Below the pieces are notes generated by a model. It made no database searches and had not been told where the DNA came from. It saw only the letters and a list, made by a program, of their open reading frames with translations. 64,000 bases of DNA from NCBI GenBank assembly GCA_963675495.1, contig OY776215.1:1760001-1824000 (forward strand). Reading direction: 5' to 3'. The position numbers and the translations under genes are program-made. Positions 18,887-30,236 of the stretch are shown here, piece by piece (within the stretch, counting starts at the first letter, position 1; every line of letters starts with the position of its first letter). This DNA is from an uncultured Methanolobus sp. Its GTDB lineage: Archaea; Halobacteriota; Methanosarcinia; Methanosarcinales; Methanosarcinaceae.

Positions 18887-20533
18887 TCAGTTCTCCTTCT
18901 TCAAGTAAGCCAGAGCTTCCTGCGTGCTATCACAGATATGCACATGCTGCTTTTCCATTAGTTCAGTGAGTTCCCTGTCGCTTTTCATCCTTCTCATGAC
19001 TTCGGGCTGTATTGAGGTTAGGTAGACTTTCTGGTGGAGTTTTTTACTTGACTTGATGAAACTCTTAAGTCGCTCGATTCCTGTTGTATCTATGAAGGGA
19101 ACATAACGCATACGCAAGATAATATGCGGTTTGCTGATGGCTATGTGTTCGTTTATTTTGCCCTCGAAAACGTTCATGGCTCCAAAGAAGAAGGGGCCGT
19201 TGATGGTGTAGACCGAGACGTTCTTTTCAAGGTAGGGGTCGGCAAAGATGGTTGCGTTGATGCCTTTTGTCTTGTCGTAGTTTTCCATTGTCTGAACGTC
19301 TATTACATTTGTCAGCCTGATGAAGAGCAGGATAATTGAAAGGAACATACCCATCTGTACGGCGAACACGAGGTCAGTGAGCACTGTGAGCAGGAAAGTG
19401 GCAAGCAGGACAGCAGTGTCCATCTTGCTGATATGCAGTGTGGTTTTGAGTTCTGTTAGATTGATCATCCTCACAGAAACGAGAATGAGCACACCTGCGA
19501 GGTAAGCTTTGGGGATGAAAGCAGCGATCGGACCCAGGAAGAGCAGTATGATGAGCAGTATCAAGGCGTGGAATATACCTGACATCTGTGTCTTTGCACC
19601 TTCCCTGATGTTTACAGCACTTCTTGCAATAGCTGCTGTGCAGGGAATTCCTGAGAAGAATGGTAGAACCATGTTTGCAATTCCATGACCAATAAGCTCC
19701 TTGTTGCTGTTGTGTTTTGTGTTGGTCATACCATCACAGACCACGGCACAGAGTAGTGATTCAATGGTTCCCAGCAGTGCGATTGTAAGGGCGGCTGGCA
19801 AGATTGCCATGAGTAGTCCAAGGTTGAAGTTCAACATCTGTATCTGTGGAAGTCCGGCAGGGATGCTGCCAACGATAGGGATGTTGATATTGTAGTAAAA
19901 GACAAGTATGACCGATAGTATCAGTGCGATAATGGAAGCCGGAAGGCTGTTGATATATTTGATTTTTGCCAGTATTCCCGGCAGATATAACAGAAGCATA
20001 ATGGTGGCAATACATATCGTTATAGCAGTTGTGTCAAGGAGGTTCATATTGGAGACGATGGCATACAGCGTTTCCCATACGTGTTCCTTTGCAGGAATTG
20101 TAATTCCAAGAGCATTTGGTATCTGGCCGATAAGAATGATGGCACCGATACCACTCGTGAATCCTGATATGACGGGTAGGGGGATGTATTTAACGACCTT
20201 ACCAAGTTTCAGGATCCCGAATAGTATCTGAAATGCACCGGCAAGGAAGCCCGCAAGGAATAGTCCTTCAAGCCCGAAGCCGTGCAGTGTTGAAAGAATG
20301 ATGACTGTCATTGCTCCGGTGGGTCCGGAAATAGAGTATTTTGATCCACCGGTTGCTGAGACCAGCATACCTGCAATTATAGCCGTGTACAACCCCATCT
20401 GAGGCTCCACACCAGAAGCGATAGCAAAAGCAATAGCAAGCGGCAATGCCACAATGGCTGTGATGAATCCAGCCTTTAGGTCGCTCGCTAACGATTCTTT
20501 GAAATATTGTGAAACTTTATTTTGTTTTTCCAT
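18887..20533 (-). CDS. SulP-family anion transporter with STAS domain
   Basis: DLKAG...ALPLAIAFAIASG, ISGPTGAM, GPFFFGA, DTTG. Confidence 0.93.
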   Translation of the reverse strand: MEKQNKVSQYFKESLASDLKAGFITAIVALPLAIAFAIASGVEPQMGLYTAIIAGMLVSATGGSKYSISGPTGAMTVIILSTLHGFGLEGLFLAGFLAGAFQILFGILKLGKVVKYIPLPVISGFTSGIGAIILIGQIPNALGITIPAKEHVWETLYAIVSNMNLLDTTAITICIATIMLLLYLPGILAKIKYINSLPASIIALILSVILVFYYNINIPIVGSIPAGLPQIQMLNFNLGLLMAILPAALTIALLGTIESLLCAVVCDGMTNTKHNSNKELIGHGIANMVLPFFSGIPCTAAIARSAVNIREGAKTQMSGIFHALILLIILLFLGPIAAFIPKAYLAGVLILVSVRMINLTELKTTLHISKMDTAVLLATFLLTVLTDLVFAVQMGMFLSIILLFIRLTNVIDVQTMENYDKTKGINATIFADPYLEKNVSVYTINGPFFFGAMNVFEGKINEHIAISKPHIILRMRYVPFIDTTGIERLKSFIKSSKKLHQKVYLTSIQPEVMRRMKSDRELTELMEKQHVHICDSTQEALAYLKKEN

Positions 20534-20716
20534 GTTACAAGCCAGCTGACCCGCGTCGAAAATTGTTCTAATAGGGGGTAGAACAGTGGTTAAATATATA
20601 AAATAAATTGATAATGAAAAAAAGTTACAAATGTTATGAGAGTTTATGAGAATAAATATTGGAATTAAGTGTTTTTTGGATTAATTTTATCTCTTAATTC
20701 CTCCAATAAAATCTTA

Positions 20717-21424
20717 ATGACTGTTATTATCTCTCAAATTAGAAGAGACCTGGAACAAAATGCTGATGAAAAAACCAAGATAAGTTCAAATCGTTTCTTC
20801 AAAGAAGAGATCAAGTCCCACGGTCTGAAATCCGCCGCCGTCAGAAAAATAGCAAAGGACTATTTCAAGACTATATCCAACAAAAGCAAGCCGGAGATAT
20901 TCTCACTTTGCGAGGAACTCCTGAGTTCTGATTACATGGAAGAAGCAGTTATTGCATTCGAATGGTCATACTATCTGAAAAAACAGTACGAACCTGAGGA
21001 TTTTGTTATTTTTGAGAAATGGGTCGGGGATTATGTCAACAACTGGGCAAAATGTGATACTCTCTGCAATCATACAATAGGGACGTTTATCGAAATGTAT
21101 CCTCAATACATTGAATCATTGAAGACATGGACAACTTCGGACAATCGGTGGTACAGGCGTGCTGCTGCTGTTGCGCTTATTTTGCCTGCTCGTAGAGGTG
21201 AGTTTCTGGATGATATTTTTGAGATCGCTGATATGCTGCTAATGGATGAGGATGATTTAGTGCAGAAAGGGTACGGGTGGATGCTCAAGGAAGCCAGTAA
21301 GCAGCATCAGCAGGAGATATTCGATTACGTCATGCGGAATAAGGAAGTTATGCCTAGAACTGCGTTGAGGTATGCTATTGAGAAATTCCCCGAGGAGTTG
21401 AGGAAGAAGGCTATGGAAAAATGA
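20717..21424 (+). CDS. DNA alkylation repair protein (AlkD-like HEAT repeat)
   Basis: NNWAKCD, WYRRAA, LVQKGYGWMLKE, PRTALRYAIEK. Confidence 0.88.
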   Translation: MTVIISQIRRDLEQNADEKTKISSNRFFKEEIKSHGLKSAAVRKIAKDYFKTISNKSKPEIFSLCEELLSSDYMEEAVIAFEWSYYLKKQYEPEDFVIFEKWVGDYVNNWAKCDTLCNHTIGTFIEMYPQYIESLKTWTTSDNRWYRRAAAVALILPARRGEFLDDIFEIADMLLMDEDDLVQKGYGWMLKEASKQHQQEIFDYVMRNKEVMPRTALRYAIEKFPEELRKKAMEK

Positions 21425-21491
21425 AAAATAGGATGAAAAAATAAAGTTTCTGACGTATTGGTCAGAAAATCCAATCCAATTTTAATTTAGT

Positions 21492-21776
21492 TCAAGCCTT
21501 TGCCATTTCTGCTTCCATCTTTTCACCGATCTCAATTGCTTTTTTGATATCCATTACAGGAATGGTCTCAAGCTTTGAGATATCTTTCCATGGGAAAGTA
21601 GCTCTGGCATATGCTTCTTCATTGTCAAGGTCGTAAATGATGAAGATCCTGCATGAGGATACATCAATCCACTCTGATATTACGTTGTAGCCTTCCGGGT
21701 ATTCCCATGACATATATCGCTCATTTATCTCCACGTTGTCTTTTGGTTCCCACGTCATTATATCCATGAACCGCAT
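21492..21776 (-). CDS. DUF3303-like small protein
   Basis: MRFM..MTWEP, PEG..VISEW.D, PW......PVM pattern; GGAGGGTG RBS. Confidence 0.7.
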   Translation of the reverse strand: MRFMDIMTWEPKDNVEINERYMSWEYPEGYNVISEWIDVSSCRIFIIYDLDNEEAYARATFPWKDISKLETIPVMDIKKAIEIGEKMEAEMAKA

Positions 21777-22114
21777 TTTCCACCCTCCATTAACTTTTAA
21801 TTTGTTTTTCTTAATAATATATTATGTTAAATAGCTGTATTTATTTATTACTCAAAAAAACTTTTTTAATATAATGATTTTTAGCAAATATTACCGAATA
21901 GCAGCAAAAAATAGAGTTTTAAGTTTTGTTTGATTTCAATGAAAAATATTAAATCGGTATAGGTAATTTTTATTAATGGGGTATATTTCATTGGTGTGCA
22001 GTTCATCTGGATAGACCAGTTGAGTTGATTGTATTTTTTGAGGTAATAACGCTTTTTCCATTATTTGCCATATTTCCCAACAAAGGACAATCGAAGTTCA
22101 GAGGAGGAAAAGAA

Positions 22115-22837
22115 ATGAAAGTTTTAGCAATAAATTCAAGTCCCAGAATGGAAAAGGGCAATACCGCTATGATATTGAACCCGTTTCTTGATGGCATGAG
22201 GGAATCAGGAGCAGAAGTAGACCTCTTCTATACGGCGAAACTTAATATCAATCCCTGCACAGGAGAGTTCAATTGCTGGTTTAAAACACCGGGAGAGTGT
22301 TATCAGGATGATGATATGCAACTGCTCTACCCGAAAATAAACGAAGCTGATGTGTTTGTATTTGCCTCCCCTCTTTATGTAGATGGGGTAAACGGTCCCA
22401 TGAAGAATCTGATTGACAGGATGCTTCCAAGAATTGAGCCTTTTGTAGAGCTGCGTGATGACCGCTGTCGTCATCCTATATGTGGGGAAGCTAAAGACCG
22501 CAAGATGGTATTGGTTTCTAACTGTGGTTTCTGGGAGATGGAGAACTTCGATCCCCTTATAGCTCATATGCAGGCATTTTGTAACAATGCATCATTCGAG
22601 TTTGCAGGAACACTGCTGCGTTCGCACGGTATGGCAATGCCGGATATGATCAAGATGGGTGCACCGATAGGTGATATATTCGAAGCTGCAAAAGATGCAG
22701 GCCGCCAGCTAGTAAATGATGGGAGTATGTCACAGGAAACTCTTGACAAGGTCGGTCGCGAACTTCTGCCACGGGACATGTATCTGCAGGCAGCGAATGA
22801 GAGCACTCAACAAGTTCTGGATGCGCTGAGAAAATAG
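22115..22837 (+). CDS. Flavodoxin-fold iron-sulfur flavoprotein / FMN reductase
   Basis: NSSPRMEKGNT, PCTGEFNCW..C.QDDDM, ASPLYVDG; GAGGAGG RBS. Confidence 0.88.
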   Translation: MKVLAINSSPRMEKGNTAMILNPFLDGMRESGAEVDLFYTAKLNINPCTGEFNCWFKTPGECYQDDDMQLLYPKINEADVFVFASPLYVDGVNGPMKNLIDRMLPRIEPFVELRDDRCRHPICGEAKDRKMVLVSNCGFWEMENFDPLIAHMQAFCNNASFEFAGTLLRSHGMAMPDMIKMGAPIGDIFEAAKDAGRQLVNDGSMSQETLDKVGRELLPRDMYLQAANESTQQVLDALRK

Positions 22838-22910
22838 CTGTATTGTAGACCTCTTTAAAATCGAGTTTCTTTACTTCATGTAAAGAGGCTCTTCTTTTTC
22901 TCATTGTATT

Positions 22911-23564
22911 TCAAACTTCACTCGAAGGACACAACTCGTTCACAACACATTCCCCGCATTTCGGTCTCCTTGCAATACACACGTTGCGACCATGCAGTAT
23001 CAGTGTCATGGACAGGTTTTCAAGGTCCTTTTTCTCTGCAAGTGCCATTAGGTCTATCTCTATCTTTTTGGGGTCACTGTTCTGAGTGAAGCCAAGTTTT
23101 TGTGACAGCCGGGTTACATGCGTGTCTACTGCAATGCCCTCAAGAATACCAAAACCTCTTGCCAGAACGATGTTGGCTGTTTTTCTTCCCACGCCTGGCA
23201 GTTTCAGCAGGTCTTCCATGGTGTCAGGGACTTTGCCATCAAATTCAGTGAGGATGAGCTGTGCACTTCCGATGATGTGTTTTGCTTTCTGGTGATAGAA
23301 ACCTGTTGTGTAAATGTCCTTTCCTAGTTCGGCCAGACTTGCGTTGGCAAAATCTTCTACATTGAGATATTTTTTGAACAAAACCTGTGTGACCTTGTTG
23401 ACCTGTTTATCTGTACACTGGGCGGAAAGAATTGTTGCAACCATCAGTTCCAGTGGATTCTTGAAATGAAGCATAGGCTCAGCGTTAGGATACTCATTCT
23501 GAAGTAGTTTGAAGATTTGGTTAAAAGTTTTACTATTATCAGGTACTTTAGATTGCGTTGTCAT
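22911..23564 (-). CDS. nth: Endonuclease III
   Basis: LSAQCTD, HhH LPGVGRKTAN, AVDTHV, C-x6-C-xx-C-x5-C cluster. Confidence 0.96.
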   Translation of the reverse strand: MTTQSKVPDNSKTFNQIFKLLQNEYPNAEPMLHFKNPLELMVATILSAQCTDKQVNKVTQVLFKKYLNVEDFANASLAELGKDIYTTGFYHQKAKHIIGSAQLILTEFDGKVPDTMEDLLKLPGVGRKTANIVLARGFGILEGIAVDTHVTRLSQKLGFTQNSDPKKIEIDLMALAEKKDLENLSMTLILHGRNVCIARRPKCGECVVNELCPSSEV

Positions 23565-23813
23565 GAGGATAAATAGGCACCTGATACTTCTTATGTTTAT
23601 TCAGTACCCCATGGTTTCGACTAGAACTAAAAATAATATAATAAACAATATTTTTTTAACAATAATTAGTTCATAATATTGTGTTATAAATACAATTTAA
23701 TAATTATAATGCTTGAAGCAAGTATAGTGGAGACTCAGGAAAGTGAGTATTGGAATATAAGAGTAACGAATGAAAAAAGTCCTGAAAAGAATAAAAGAGT
23801 AAAGTATACGGGT

Positions 23814-24689
23814 TTAGAGCCCGTAAACTTCAATGTTCTTGTCAGCTAGTGCCTGTATCTTTGCGATCTCTTCATCTCCACCTTCCATCTTGAAAAGGTG
23901 GCTGAAACGACGCTGCATTTTGAGGTAATCTTCAACAGGCTTAACGTTCTTTCCGATCTTCCTTACCTTGGTGACTTCGCCGTCTTCAACTTCGTACAGT
24001 GGCCAGAGACCTGTCTGTACAGCCATCTTTGCTACCTCTACGGTCTTGGAAGTATCGAATCCCCATCCTGTGGTACATGGAGCATGTGCGTGAATGTAGG
24101 TTGGACCTTCGACGTCTACAGCCTTCTTCACCTTATTGATCATGTCCTTTGGATATCCGATGGATGTGGTTGCCACATATGGTGCACCGTGTGCAACCAT
24201 AATAGCAGGCATGTTCTTTTTTGGTCTGTCGTTTCCGAAGGATACCTTTCCTGCAGGGCTTGTGGTGGTTGATGCATTGAATGGTGTTGCACCACTTCTC
24301 TGCACACCGGTATTCATGTAAGCCTCATTGTCAATACAGACATATGTGAGGTCATGTCCTCTCTCAAATGCTCCGGAAATGGAACGCATACCTATGTCAA
24401 GTGTTGCACCGTCTCCACCCATAACAACGACCTTGGTATTACCTTTCTTTCCAAGTGCCTTAAGGGCGGCTTCGATACCAGATCCTACAGCGGCTGCATT
24501 CTCAAAAAGTGAGTGTACCCATGGTACGTCCCATGCAGTCTCAGGGTAAGGTGTGGTCATAACTTCAAGACAACCGGTTGGATTGATAACTATACAGTCC
24601 TCGCCGGCGCCCATAAGTGTGAACTTTGCAGCCATTGCGTCACAGCAACCTGCACATCCTCTGTGTCCCGGGGCTAACAATGATTTCAT
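23814..24689 (-). CDS. porB: Pyruvate:ferredoxin oxidoreductase beta subunit
   Basis: [11 protein letters not shown] motif [13 protein letters not shown]. Confidence 0.95.
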   Translation of the reverse strand: MKSLLAPGHRGCAGCCDAMAAKFTLMGAGEDCIVINPTGCLEVMTTPYPETAWDVPWVHSLFENAAAVGSGIEAALKALGKKGNTKVVVMGGDGATLDIGMRSISGAFERGHDLTYVCIDNEAYMNTGVQRSGATPFNASTTTSPAGKVSFGNDRPKKNMPAIMVAHGAPYVATTSIGYPKDMINKVKKAVDVEGPTYIHAHAPCTTGWGFDTSKTVEVAKMAVQTGLWPLYEVEDGEVTKVRKIGKNVKPVEDYLKMQRRFSHLFKMEGGDEEIAKIQALADKNIEVYGL

Positions 24690-25900
24690 AGTAGTTCCTC
24701 CTTCACGTCGGTAAACTGGCTTTCTATCTTGATACCAGTCTTCATGATCTCCTTTGCATCATCGACTATTTTCTCGATCAGGTCTACCTTGATGTCACGT
24801 CCACCGTGGCCTACCATGTAGCCGACAATAGGTACGTCGATCTTGGTATTATAAAGTGAGGACTTTGTTTCGGTGAAAAGTGCACCTTCATTCAGTCCAA
24901 GTGAGATGTTCTTGTCAAGTACAACAACAACTTTTGAATCCTTCAGAACGTTTTTGATAGCTTCTACAGGGAATGGCCTGAATGACCTGACCTTCAGAAG
25001 ACCAACTTTCACATTCCTGTCTCTGAGCTTATCAATGACGTCCTTAATGGTTCCGATAATGGATCCCATTGCCATGATGATGATGTCTGCGTCATCTGTT
25101 CGATACTCGTCAATAAGTCCTCCGTAGTATCTTCCGTATACGTCGTAGAATTCATTTGCTACATCCTCTATTTTCTTAAGAGATCTCTGCATTGCCTGTT
25201 CCTGTAGATATCTGAATTCGGTGTAGTAGTTAGGGTCTGCAAATGCTCCGAAACTCAGTGGGTTCTTCGGATCAAGAACATGTTCTGGTTCAAATGCAGG
25301 CAAGAATTCATCTGTTAAGTCCTGTTCAAGAAGCACAATAGGTTCGTAAACGTGTGACAGGATAAAACCGTCCATACAGACCATTGATGGCATGAGGATA
25401 TCCTTGTCCTCTGATATCTTGAAAGCCTGAGCGGTCATATCAGAGATTTCCTGTGTGTTCTCAGCGTAGAGCTGTAACCATCCGGTATCTCTTTGGGAGA
25501 TAGCATCCTGGTGGTCGTTCCATATACTGATAGGGGCACTGACAGCCCTGTTTGCAATGGTCATCACGACAGGCAGCCTCATACCTGAGATATTGAACAG
25601 TACCTCATGCATGAGTTCAAGACCCTGTGATGTTGTAGCTGAGTAACACCTTGCACCTGCAGCGGATGCGCCGACCAGTGCCGAGAGTGCTGAGAACTCT
25701 GATTCTACATTGATGTATTCGCAGTTTGGTATTTCACCATCTGCCATAAATTGTGAAAGATCTTCAACTATATGGGTCTGTGGTGTGATAGGATATGCTG
25801 AAATTACGTTTGGTCTGCAGACCTTAGTAGCATGTGCAACAGCATATGATCCTTCAACAACGACCATTTTACTCTTGTCAATTTTGTTTTCAGGTGCCAT
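24686..25900 (-). CDS. porA: Pyruvate:ferredoxin oxidoreductase alpha subunit
   Basis: [21 protein letters not shown]. Confidence 0.95.
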   Translation of the reverse strand: MAPENKIDKSKMVVVEGSYAVAHATKVCRPNVISAYPITPQTHIVEDLSQFMADGEIPNCEYINVESEFSALSALVGASAAGARCYSATTSQGLELMHEVLFNISGMRLPVVMTIANRAVSAPISIWNDHQDAISQRDTGWLQLYAENTQEISDMTAQAFKISEDKDILMPSMVCMDGFILSHVYEPIVLLEQDLTDEFLPAFEPEHVLDPKNPLSFGAFADPNYYTEFRYLQEQAMQRSLKKIEDVANEFYDVYGRYYGGLIDEYRTDDADIIIMAMGSIIGTIKDVIDKLRDRNVKVGLLKVRSFRPFPVEAIKNVLKDSKVVVVLDKNISLGLNEGALFTETKSSLYNTKIDVPIVGYMVGHGGRDIKVDLIEKIVDDAKEIMKTGIKIESQFTDVKEELL

Positions 25901-26161
25901 TTATTTCTCCTCCAGAACCATGTCTATTGCGTCCTTTGGACATTCGTTTGCACAGATTCCGCAACCTTTGCAGAAATCATAATCAAACTCGAAGAATCCG
26001 TCATCTCTTGGGTTTATCGAACTGTCAGGGCACAGAAGTTCACACAACTTGCATTTAATGCATTTATCGTAGTTGTAAACTGGCTTGAAAGTTCTCCATC
26101 CCCCAGTCTTGTTGATTCTTGTGGTACCTGCTTCGCAGATCCCTCCTGGAAGAATTTTCAT
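25901..26161 (-). CDS. porD: Pyruvate:ferredoxin oxidoreductase delta subunit
   Basis: [10 protein letters not shown] and two 4Fe-4S motifs. Confidence 0.95.
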   Translation of the reverse strand: MKILPGGICEAGTTRINKTGGWRTFKPVYNYDKCIKCKLCELLCPDSSINPRDDGFFEFDYDFCKGCGICANECPKDAIDMVLEEK

Positions 26162-26706
26162 TTCTTAGCCTCCGTCATCATATTGTATGCTTCCTGGATA
26201 GCTTCAGCGTTCCTGTCTCCTACCTTACCAGGGAACCTTTCCTTGACAGCCTCTTTGATGGACTCAGGTTCTATCTCGCCTGTTGCACCTGCAAAGGCAC
26301 CCAAAAGTACAGTGTTAACAATAGGTCTGCCGATAATATCCAGTGCGATCTTTGTTGCATTCACTGTCATTATCTTTGCCTTTGTGTCGATATTGAACGT
26401 GTCAGCATCGAAGTCACTGTTGATAATAAGTATTCCATCTTCTTTGAGACCACTTGCAACATCTACAACCTCAAGAAGTGTAGGATCCTGTACAATAACA
26501 TAGTCAGGTTCGTAGATCTGGCTTCTGAGCCTTATGGTCTCATTATTGATCCTGGTGAACGCCTGGACCGGTGCACCCCTTCTTTCCACTCCGAATGCAG
26601 GGAAGGCCTGGCTGAATTTCCCGTCTGCAAAAGCAGCAACAGCCAACAGTTCAGCGGCTGTGACAGAGCCCTGCCCACCCCGGCCGTGTATTCGTATTTC
26701 TTTCAT
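26158..26706 (-). CDS. porC: Pyruvate:ferredoxin oxidoreductase gamma subunit
   Basis: [17 protein letters not shown]; first gene of the coupled operon. Confidence 0.95.
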   Translation of the reverse strand: MKEIRIHGRGGQGSVTAAELLAVAAFADGKFSQAFPAFGVERRGAPVQAFTRINNETIRLRSQIYEPDYVIVQDPTLLEVVDVASGLKEDGILIINSDFDADTFNIDTKAKIMTVNATKIALDIIGRPIVNTVLLGAFAGATGEIEPESIKEAVKERFPGKVGDRNAEAIQEAYNMMTEAKK

Positions 26707-26980
26707 CTAGAATTCTCCATAAACCATGTGTAATAATAGATATAACAACTTATTTCGGTATTCGATCAAACGTTTTTAGTCGGGTAACATTGCGTATGCC
26801 ATGTGTCGAACTTGATGCCGAAAAAGCATCATATATTTCGTCAACTGACGTTAAATGCAATGGTTAATTGTGTAGAATCTATTAATTACTATTTAGTCTT
26901 TTGGTAATTTACACCGTTAATTCACTGGATTTTTATACTATTATATAAAATTAAAAAAGAAAACAATAAGAAAAACAGCA

Positions 26981-27937
26981 TCAATTGGCATTCTTACACA
27001 TTTCATCCAAACTTTGAAGTATCTCATCAATGTTCTTTGCAACATCAATACTCTTTCTTACATGCCTGCCATTCTTCATCCCGCGGGTGAACCACTGTGC
27101 TTGCGCCTTTATGTGAACCGTATGCATCAGTTCATATTCCTCAAGAAGAGTAAAATACTCCCGAATATCTTCAACTCTCTGGGTACAATGCTTGTACTCA
27201 AGCAGTTCTCCTGTTTCAAGATAGTGCGATATCCGTTTGAAAAGGAAAGGATTACCCATTGCAGCTCTTCCTATCATTATCCCATCACATTTGGTATAGT
27301 CCAGAGTGCTCTGCGCGGATATCTCATCAACTATATCACCATTAGCAATAACCGGAATACTCAATTCCTGCTTTATTTTCCGTACATAGTCATGATTAGC
27401 TTTTCCCGAATACTGTTGTTGCCTTGTCCTGCCATGCACCGTTATCGCAGATGCCCCGGCACTTTCTATCAGGTGTGCTATCTCAAGGGTGTTTTCCATA
27501 TCCTGTAAAATGCGTATTTTGGCAGTAACAGGGGTGGAGAGATTATCTGAGAGTTCTTTCATTATCTCATGAATAAGCTCAGGTGAGCTGAGAAGGGCGG
27601 ATCCGCAACCATCCTTTGTCAGGGTTTTTGCAGGGCAGCCAAAATTAATGTCAATGATCTCAGGTTTGTATATTTCTTCGATTCTAAGAGCTGCTTTTGT
27701 CATTGTTTCAGGCGAGTTCCCGAATATCTGTATGCCAAGAGGTCTCTCATCTTCACAACTTATCCCACGGTTAATGGTCTTCTTGTTTTCGTATATGACA
27801 GCGTCTGCACTTATCATTTCAGAGTAAGTAAGAGAAGCTCCGTACTTCCTGCACATAAGGCGAAAAGGCAGGTTCGTCACATTGGACATGGGGGCAAGCA
27901 GGATATTACCGGGAATTTTCAGATCTGCAATCTTCAT
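26981..27937 (-). CDS. dusB: tRNA-dihydrouridine synthase (DusB-like)
   Basis: LAPM, DINFGCP, VHGRT, ANGDI, MIGRAA. Confidence 0.92.
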   Translation of the reverse strand: MKIADLKIPGNILLAPMSNVTNLPFRLMCRKYGASLTYSEMISADAVIYENKKTINRGISCEDERPLGIQIFGNSPETMTKAALRIEEIYKPEIIDINFGCPAKTLTKDGCGSALLSSPELIHEIMKELSDNLSTPVTAKIRILQDMENTLEIAHLIESAGASAITVHGRTRQQQYSGKANHDYVRKIKQELSIPVIANGDIVDEISAQSTLDYTKCDGIMIGRAAMGNPFLFKRISHYLETGELLEYKHCTQRVEDIREYFTLLEEYELMHTVHIKAQAQWFTRGMKNGRHVRKSIDVAKNIDEILQSLDEMCKNAN

Positions 27938-28129
27938 GTTGATCGTTTTGTTGGTGGTAGTGGAAGTTTAATACCGCCTGATTTGTGTCATCTTGTGAAT
28001 ATAAACTTATGAAAGTGTGATTTGAAGTATTCTATCGAAGGGTATGCTAATATATAAGTAGGATGTATGGAAAAATCTATTGAAATAATTCTTATTTACT
28101 AAATTTTACAAAATATAACAGGTTCATCT

Positions 28130-28666
28130 ATGACAAAGATCTTAGCTTTTGTTGGAATGCCGGCTTCTGGTAAATCAGAAGCAGCATCAGTCCTGCGCCA
28201 AAAAGGTGTCACGGTTATCAATATGGGAGATGTCATCAGGGAAGAGGTCGTCCGCAGAGGACTGGAACCTACTGATGCTAACACAGGTGGTGTAGGCACC
28301 GACCTGCGTGAGAAGGAAGGAAGAAATGCCGTTGCAAAGCGATGTATTCCTAAGATCAGGGATGCAAATGAAGACTTCATCGGTATCGATGGCGTGCGTA
28401 GTGTTCCTGAGGTCGAGCTCTTTAAAGAGGCATTCGGAAACGACTTTACCCTGGTGTCTGTTGATTCCCCACTTGAACTGAGATTTTCACGTGTCCTGGC
28501 ACGTAAAAGAAGTGATGATATGCAGGATATCAGTGCTTTGAAGGCCAGGGATGAGCGTGAACTCGGATGGGGTATGGGGGAGGCAATGGAAGTTGCCGAT
28601 CTGGTTATCGATAATAATGGCACCCTTGAAGAGTTCAATGATAAGATAACAGCACTTATGGAATAG
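28130..28666 (+). CDS. UPF0200 P-loop kinase (dephospho-CoA kinase-like)
   Basis: GMPASGKS, MGDVIREE, IDGVRS, RDERE. Confidence 0.85.
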   Translation: MTKILAFVGMPASGKSEAASVLRQKGVTVINMGDVIREEVVRRGLEPTDANTGGVGTDLREKEGRNAVAKRCIPKIRDANEDFIGIDGVRSVPEVELFKEAFGNDFTLVSVDSPLELRFSRVLARKRSDDMQDISALKARDERELGWGMGEAMEVADLVIDNNGTLEEFNDKITALME

Positions 28667-28671
28667 TTATC

Positions 28672-29115
28672 ATGATAAAAGTCGAAGTTTCAGCGATTGT
28701 GAATCCAACAGAGAGTAAGGATAAAGTACACTCTGCACTGGTACAGATTTTCCCTGACAATGATTTTGAATATGAGGAGCTGTCGGAGCACAGTGGTAGA
28801 TTCTCAGCTGAAGGTGACGTCTATACTCTCGAACATCTCCACTACTTAATCAGGGATGAGCAGATCATAGACACCTCACGCACAAGGTTGAATGTGGGAT
28901 TGACAGAGGATGAGATGTCTACTTCTTTTATCATAAGCAAACAGGTCGCCACAGTTGGGCGTCTGAACTATCCTGCACAGGCAGAACCTCTCGGTTCGAT
29001 CAACATTAATGTCAGTGCGGATTCCGTAGAAGAATTTGAAAGATTTTATGACTGGCTGACCCCACCTACCGAGGACGGAGTCCCTGATTTTGAAATGGAT
29101 ATAAAGGATGTTTAA
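28672..29115 (+). CDS. UPF0201/DUF54 putative RNA-binding protein
   Basis: VNPTES..KV, I.DT.R, KQVA..G, PLGSI; usual neighbour of UPF0200. Confidence 0.82.
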   Translation: MIKVEVSAIVNPTESKDKVHSALVQIFPDNDFEYEELSEHSGRFSAEGDVYTLEHLHYLIRDEQIIDTSRTRLNVGLTEDEMSTSFIISKQVATVGRLNYPAQAEPLGSININVSADSVEEFERFYDWLTPPTEDGVPDFEMDIKDV

Positions 29116-29890
29116 AATGAATATCAAGAACCTTAGTTTCTCATCACGTGCTGTTATCGACGATCCCTTTGAGTGGGCTTACGGTATTGAAGATATCGGA
29201 TACACCGGTTGGGAGATAGTTCAGGAAGGTTCACAGTGCCTGACAGAAGAAAATCTGTCCAAATTTACTGAGGTCAGGGAAACCACGGACCTCAAGTTAA
29301 GTATGCATCTTCCTTTTTCCGATATGAATCTTGCAGGCCTGAACCCAGGTATACACGGTGAGGTTATGCGACAGATGAAGTATTATCTCGATATGGCATC
29401 TGAGCTTGTTGAAGTAGCTGTGCTGCATCCTGGTTACCTATCTCCATACGGTTCCAAGTTACCTGAGAAGTCATGGGATACATGTATAGAGTCCATTCAG
29501 ATACTGTGTGACCACTCAGCTGATATGGGTATTACAATAGCTGTTGAGAACATGCCAAATTTCCACAAGATATTTGGCCGGTATCCGAGTGAGATGCTGG
29601 ATATACTAAAACAGGTGGGCAGGGATAACGTGGGTATGACCCTTGATGTGGGACACGCCAACACAATGGGGCTTCTGGATGAGTTCGTAGTAAAGTGCAA
29701 AAACAAACTCTCACACATGCATATCCATGACAACAACGGGGCACGTGACGAGCACCTTCCTCTCGGACAGGGCAATATCGACTGGAAAAAACTCATGGGA
29801 AGCCTGTCTGGCTACAAAGGCAGAATGGTCACTGAAATGGGCAGCCTTGATGAAGGCAGGCATTGTGTTGAGTTCCTGAAGAACCTTTAG
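29108..29890 (+). CDS. Sugar phosphate isomerase/epimerase (xylose-isomerase-like TIM barrel)
   Basis: HLPFSD, HPG, ENMP, LDVGHA, HIHDN, DEHLPLG. Confidence 0.88.
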   Translation: MFKMNIKNLSFSSRAVIDDPFEWAYGIEDIGYTGWEIVQEGSQCLTEENLSKFTEVRETTDLKLSMHLPFSDMNLAGLNPGIHGEVMRQMKYYLDMASELVEVAVLHPGYLSPYGSKLPEKSWDTCIESIQILCDHSADMGITIAVENMPNFHKIFGRYPSEMLDILKQVGRDNVGMTLDVGHANTMGLLDEFVVKCKNKLSHMHIHDNNGARDEHLPLGQGNIDWKKLMGSLSGYKGRMVTEMGSLDEGRHCVEFLKNL

Positions 29891-29949
29891 TTCATCAGAA
29901 AACCAGAAAGTCTGAACTAATCACAAAACAAAAACAAGTTTTTCTCTTT

Positions 29950-30120
29950 CTATTCTTCAAGCCTGCCGTGTCTGCGGTCTATATCATCCATCTGGTCCAG
30001 TAGTTTGCGGATGGCTGCCCTTATGGCATCAGCCTGTGTAATGAACTTCTTGTTGTCTCCAACATGGCTGTTAAGGTCATTTAGGAGTTCCTGGGGAATG
30101 TCAACACTCACTTTTGGCAT
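29950..30120 (-). CDS. Ribbon-helix-helix (CopG-like) protein, 56 aa
   Basis: Not in the track; GGTGA RBS; MPKVSVDIPQELLNDLNSHVGDNKKFITQADAIRAAIRKLLDQMDDIDRRHGRLEE. Confidence 0.88.
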   Translation of the reverse strand: MPKVSVDIPQELLNDLNSHVGDNKKFITQADAIRAAIRKLLDQMDDIDRRHGRLEE

Positions 30121-30236
30121 GTTTTCACCTTTTTTAAGAGCATAAAGGGCGAAGATAGATAAGGCTAATGGAATATCGGTTTCAGTTCAAAAAAGGAAAT
30201 GGGAATGTTTTTCTGAAAAATAAGGGTTTGGATTTA

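Noticed and set aside
16150-18961. Track ORFs 16150-16359 and 18680-18961
   Set aside because: They are shadow frames over the conserved 54-aa microprotein genes.
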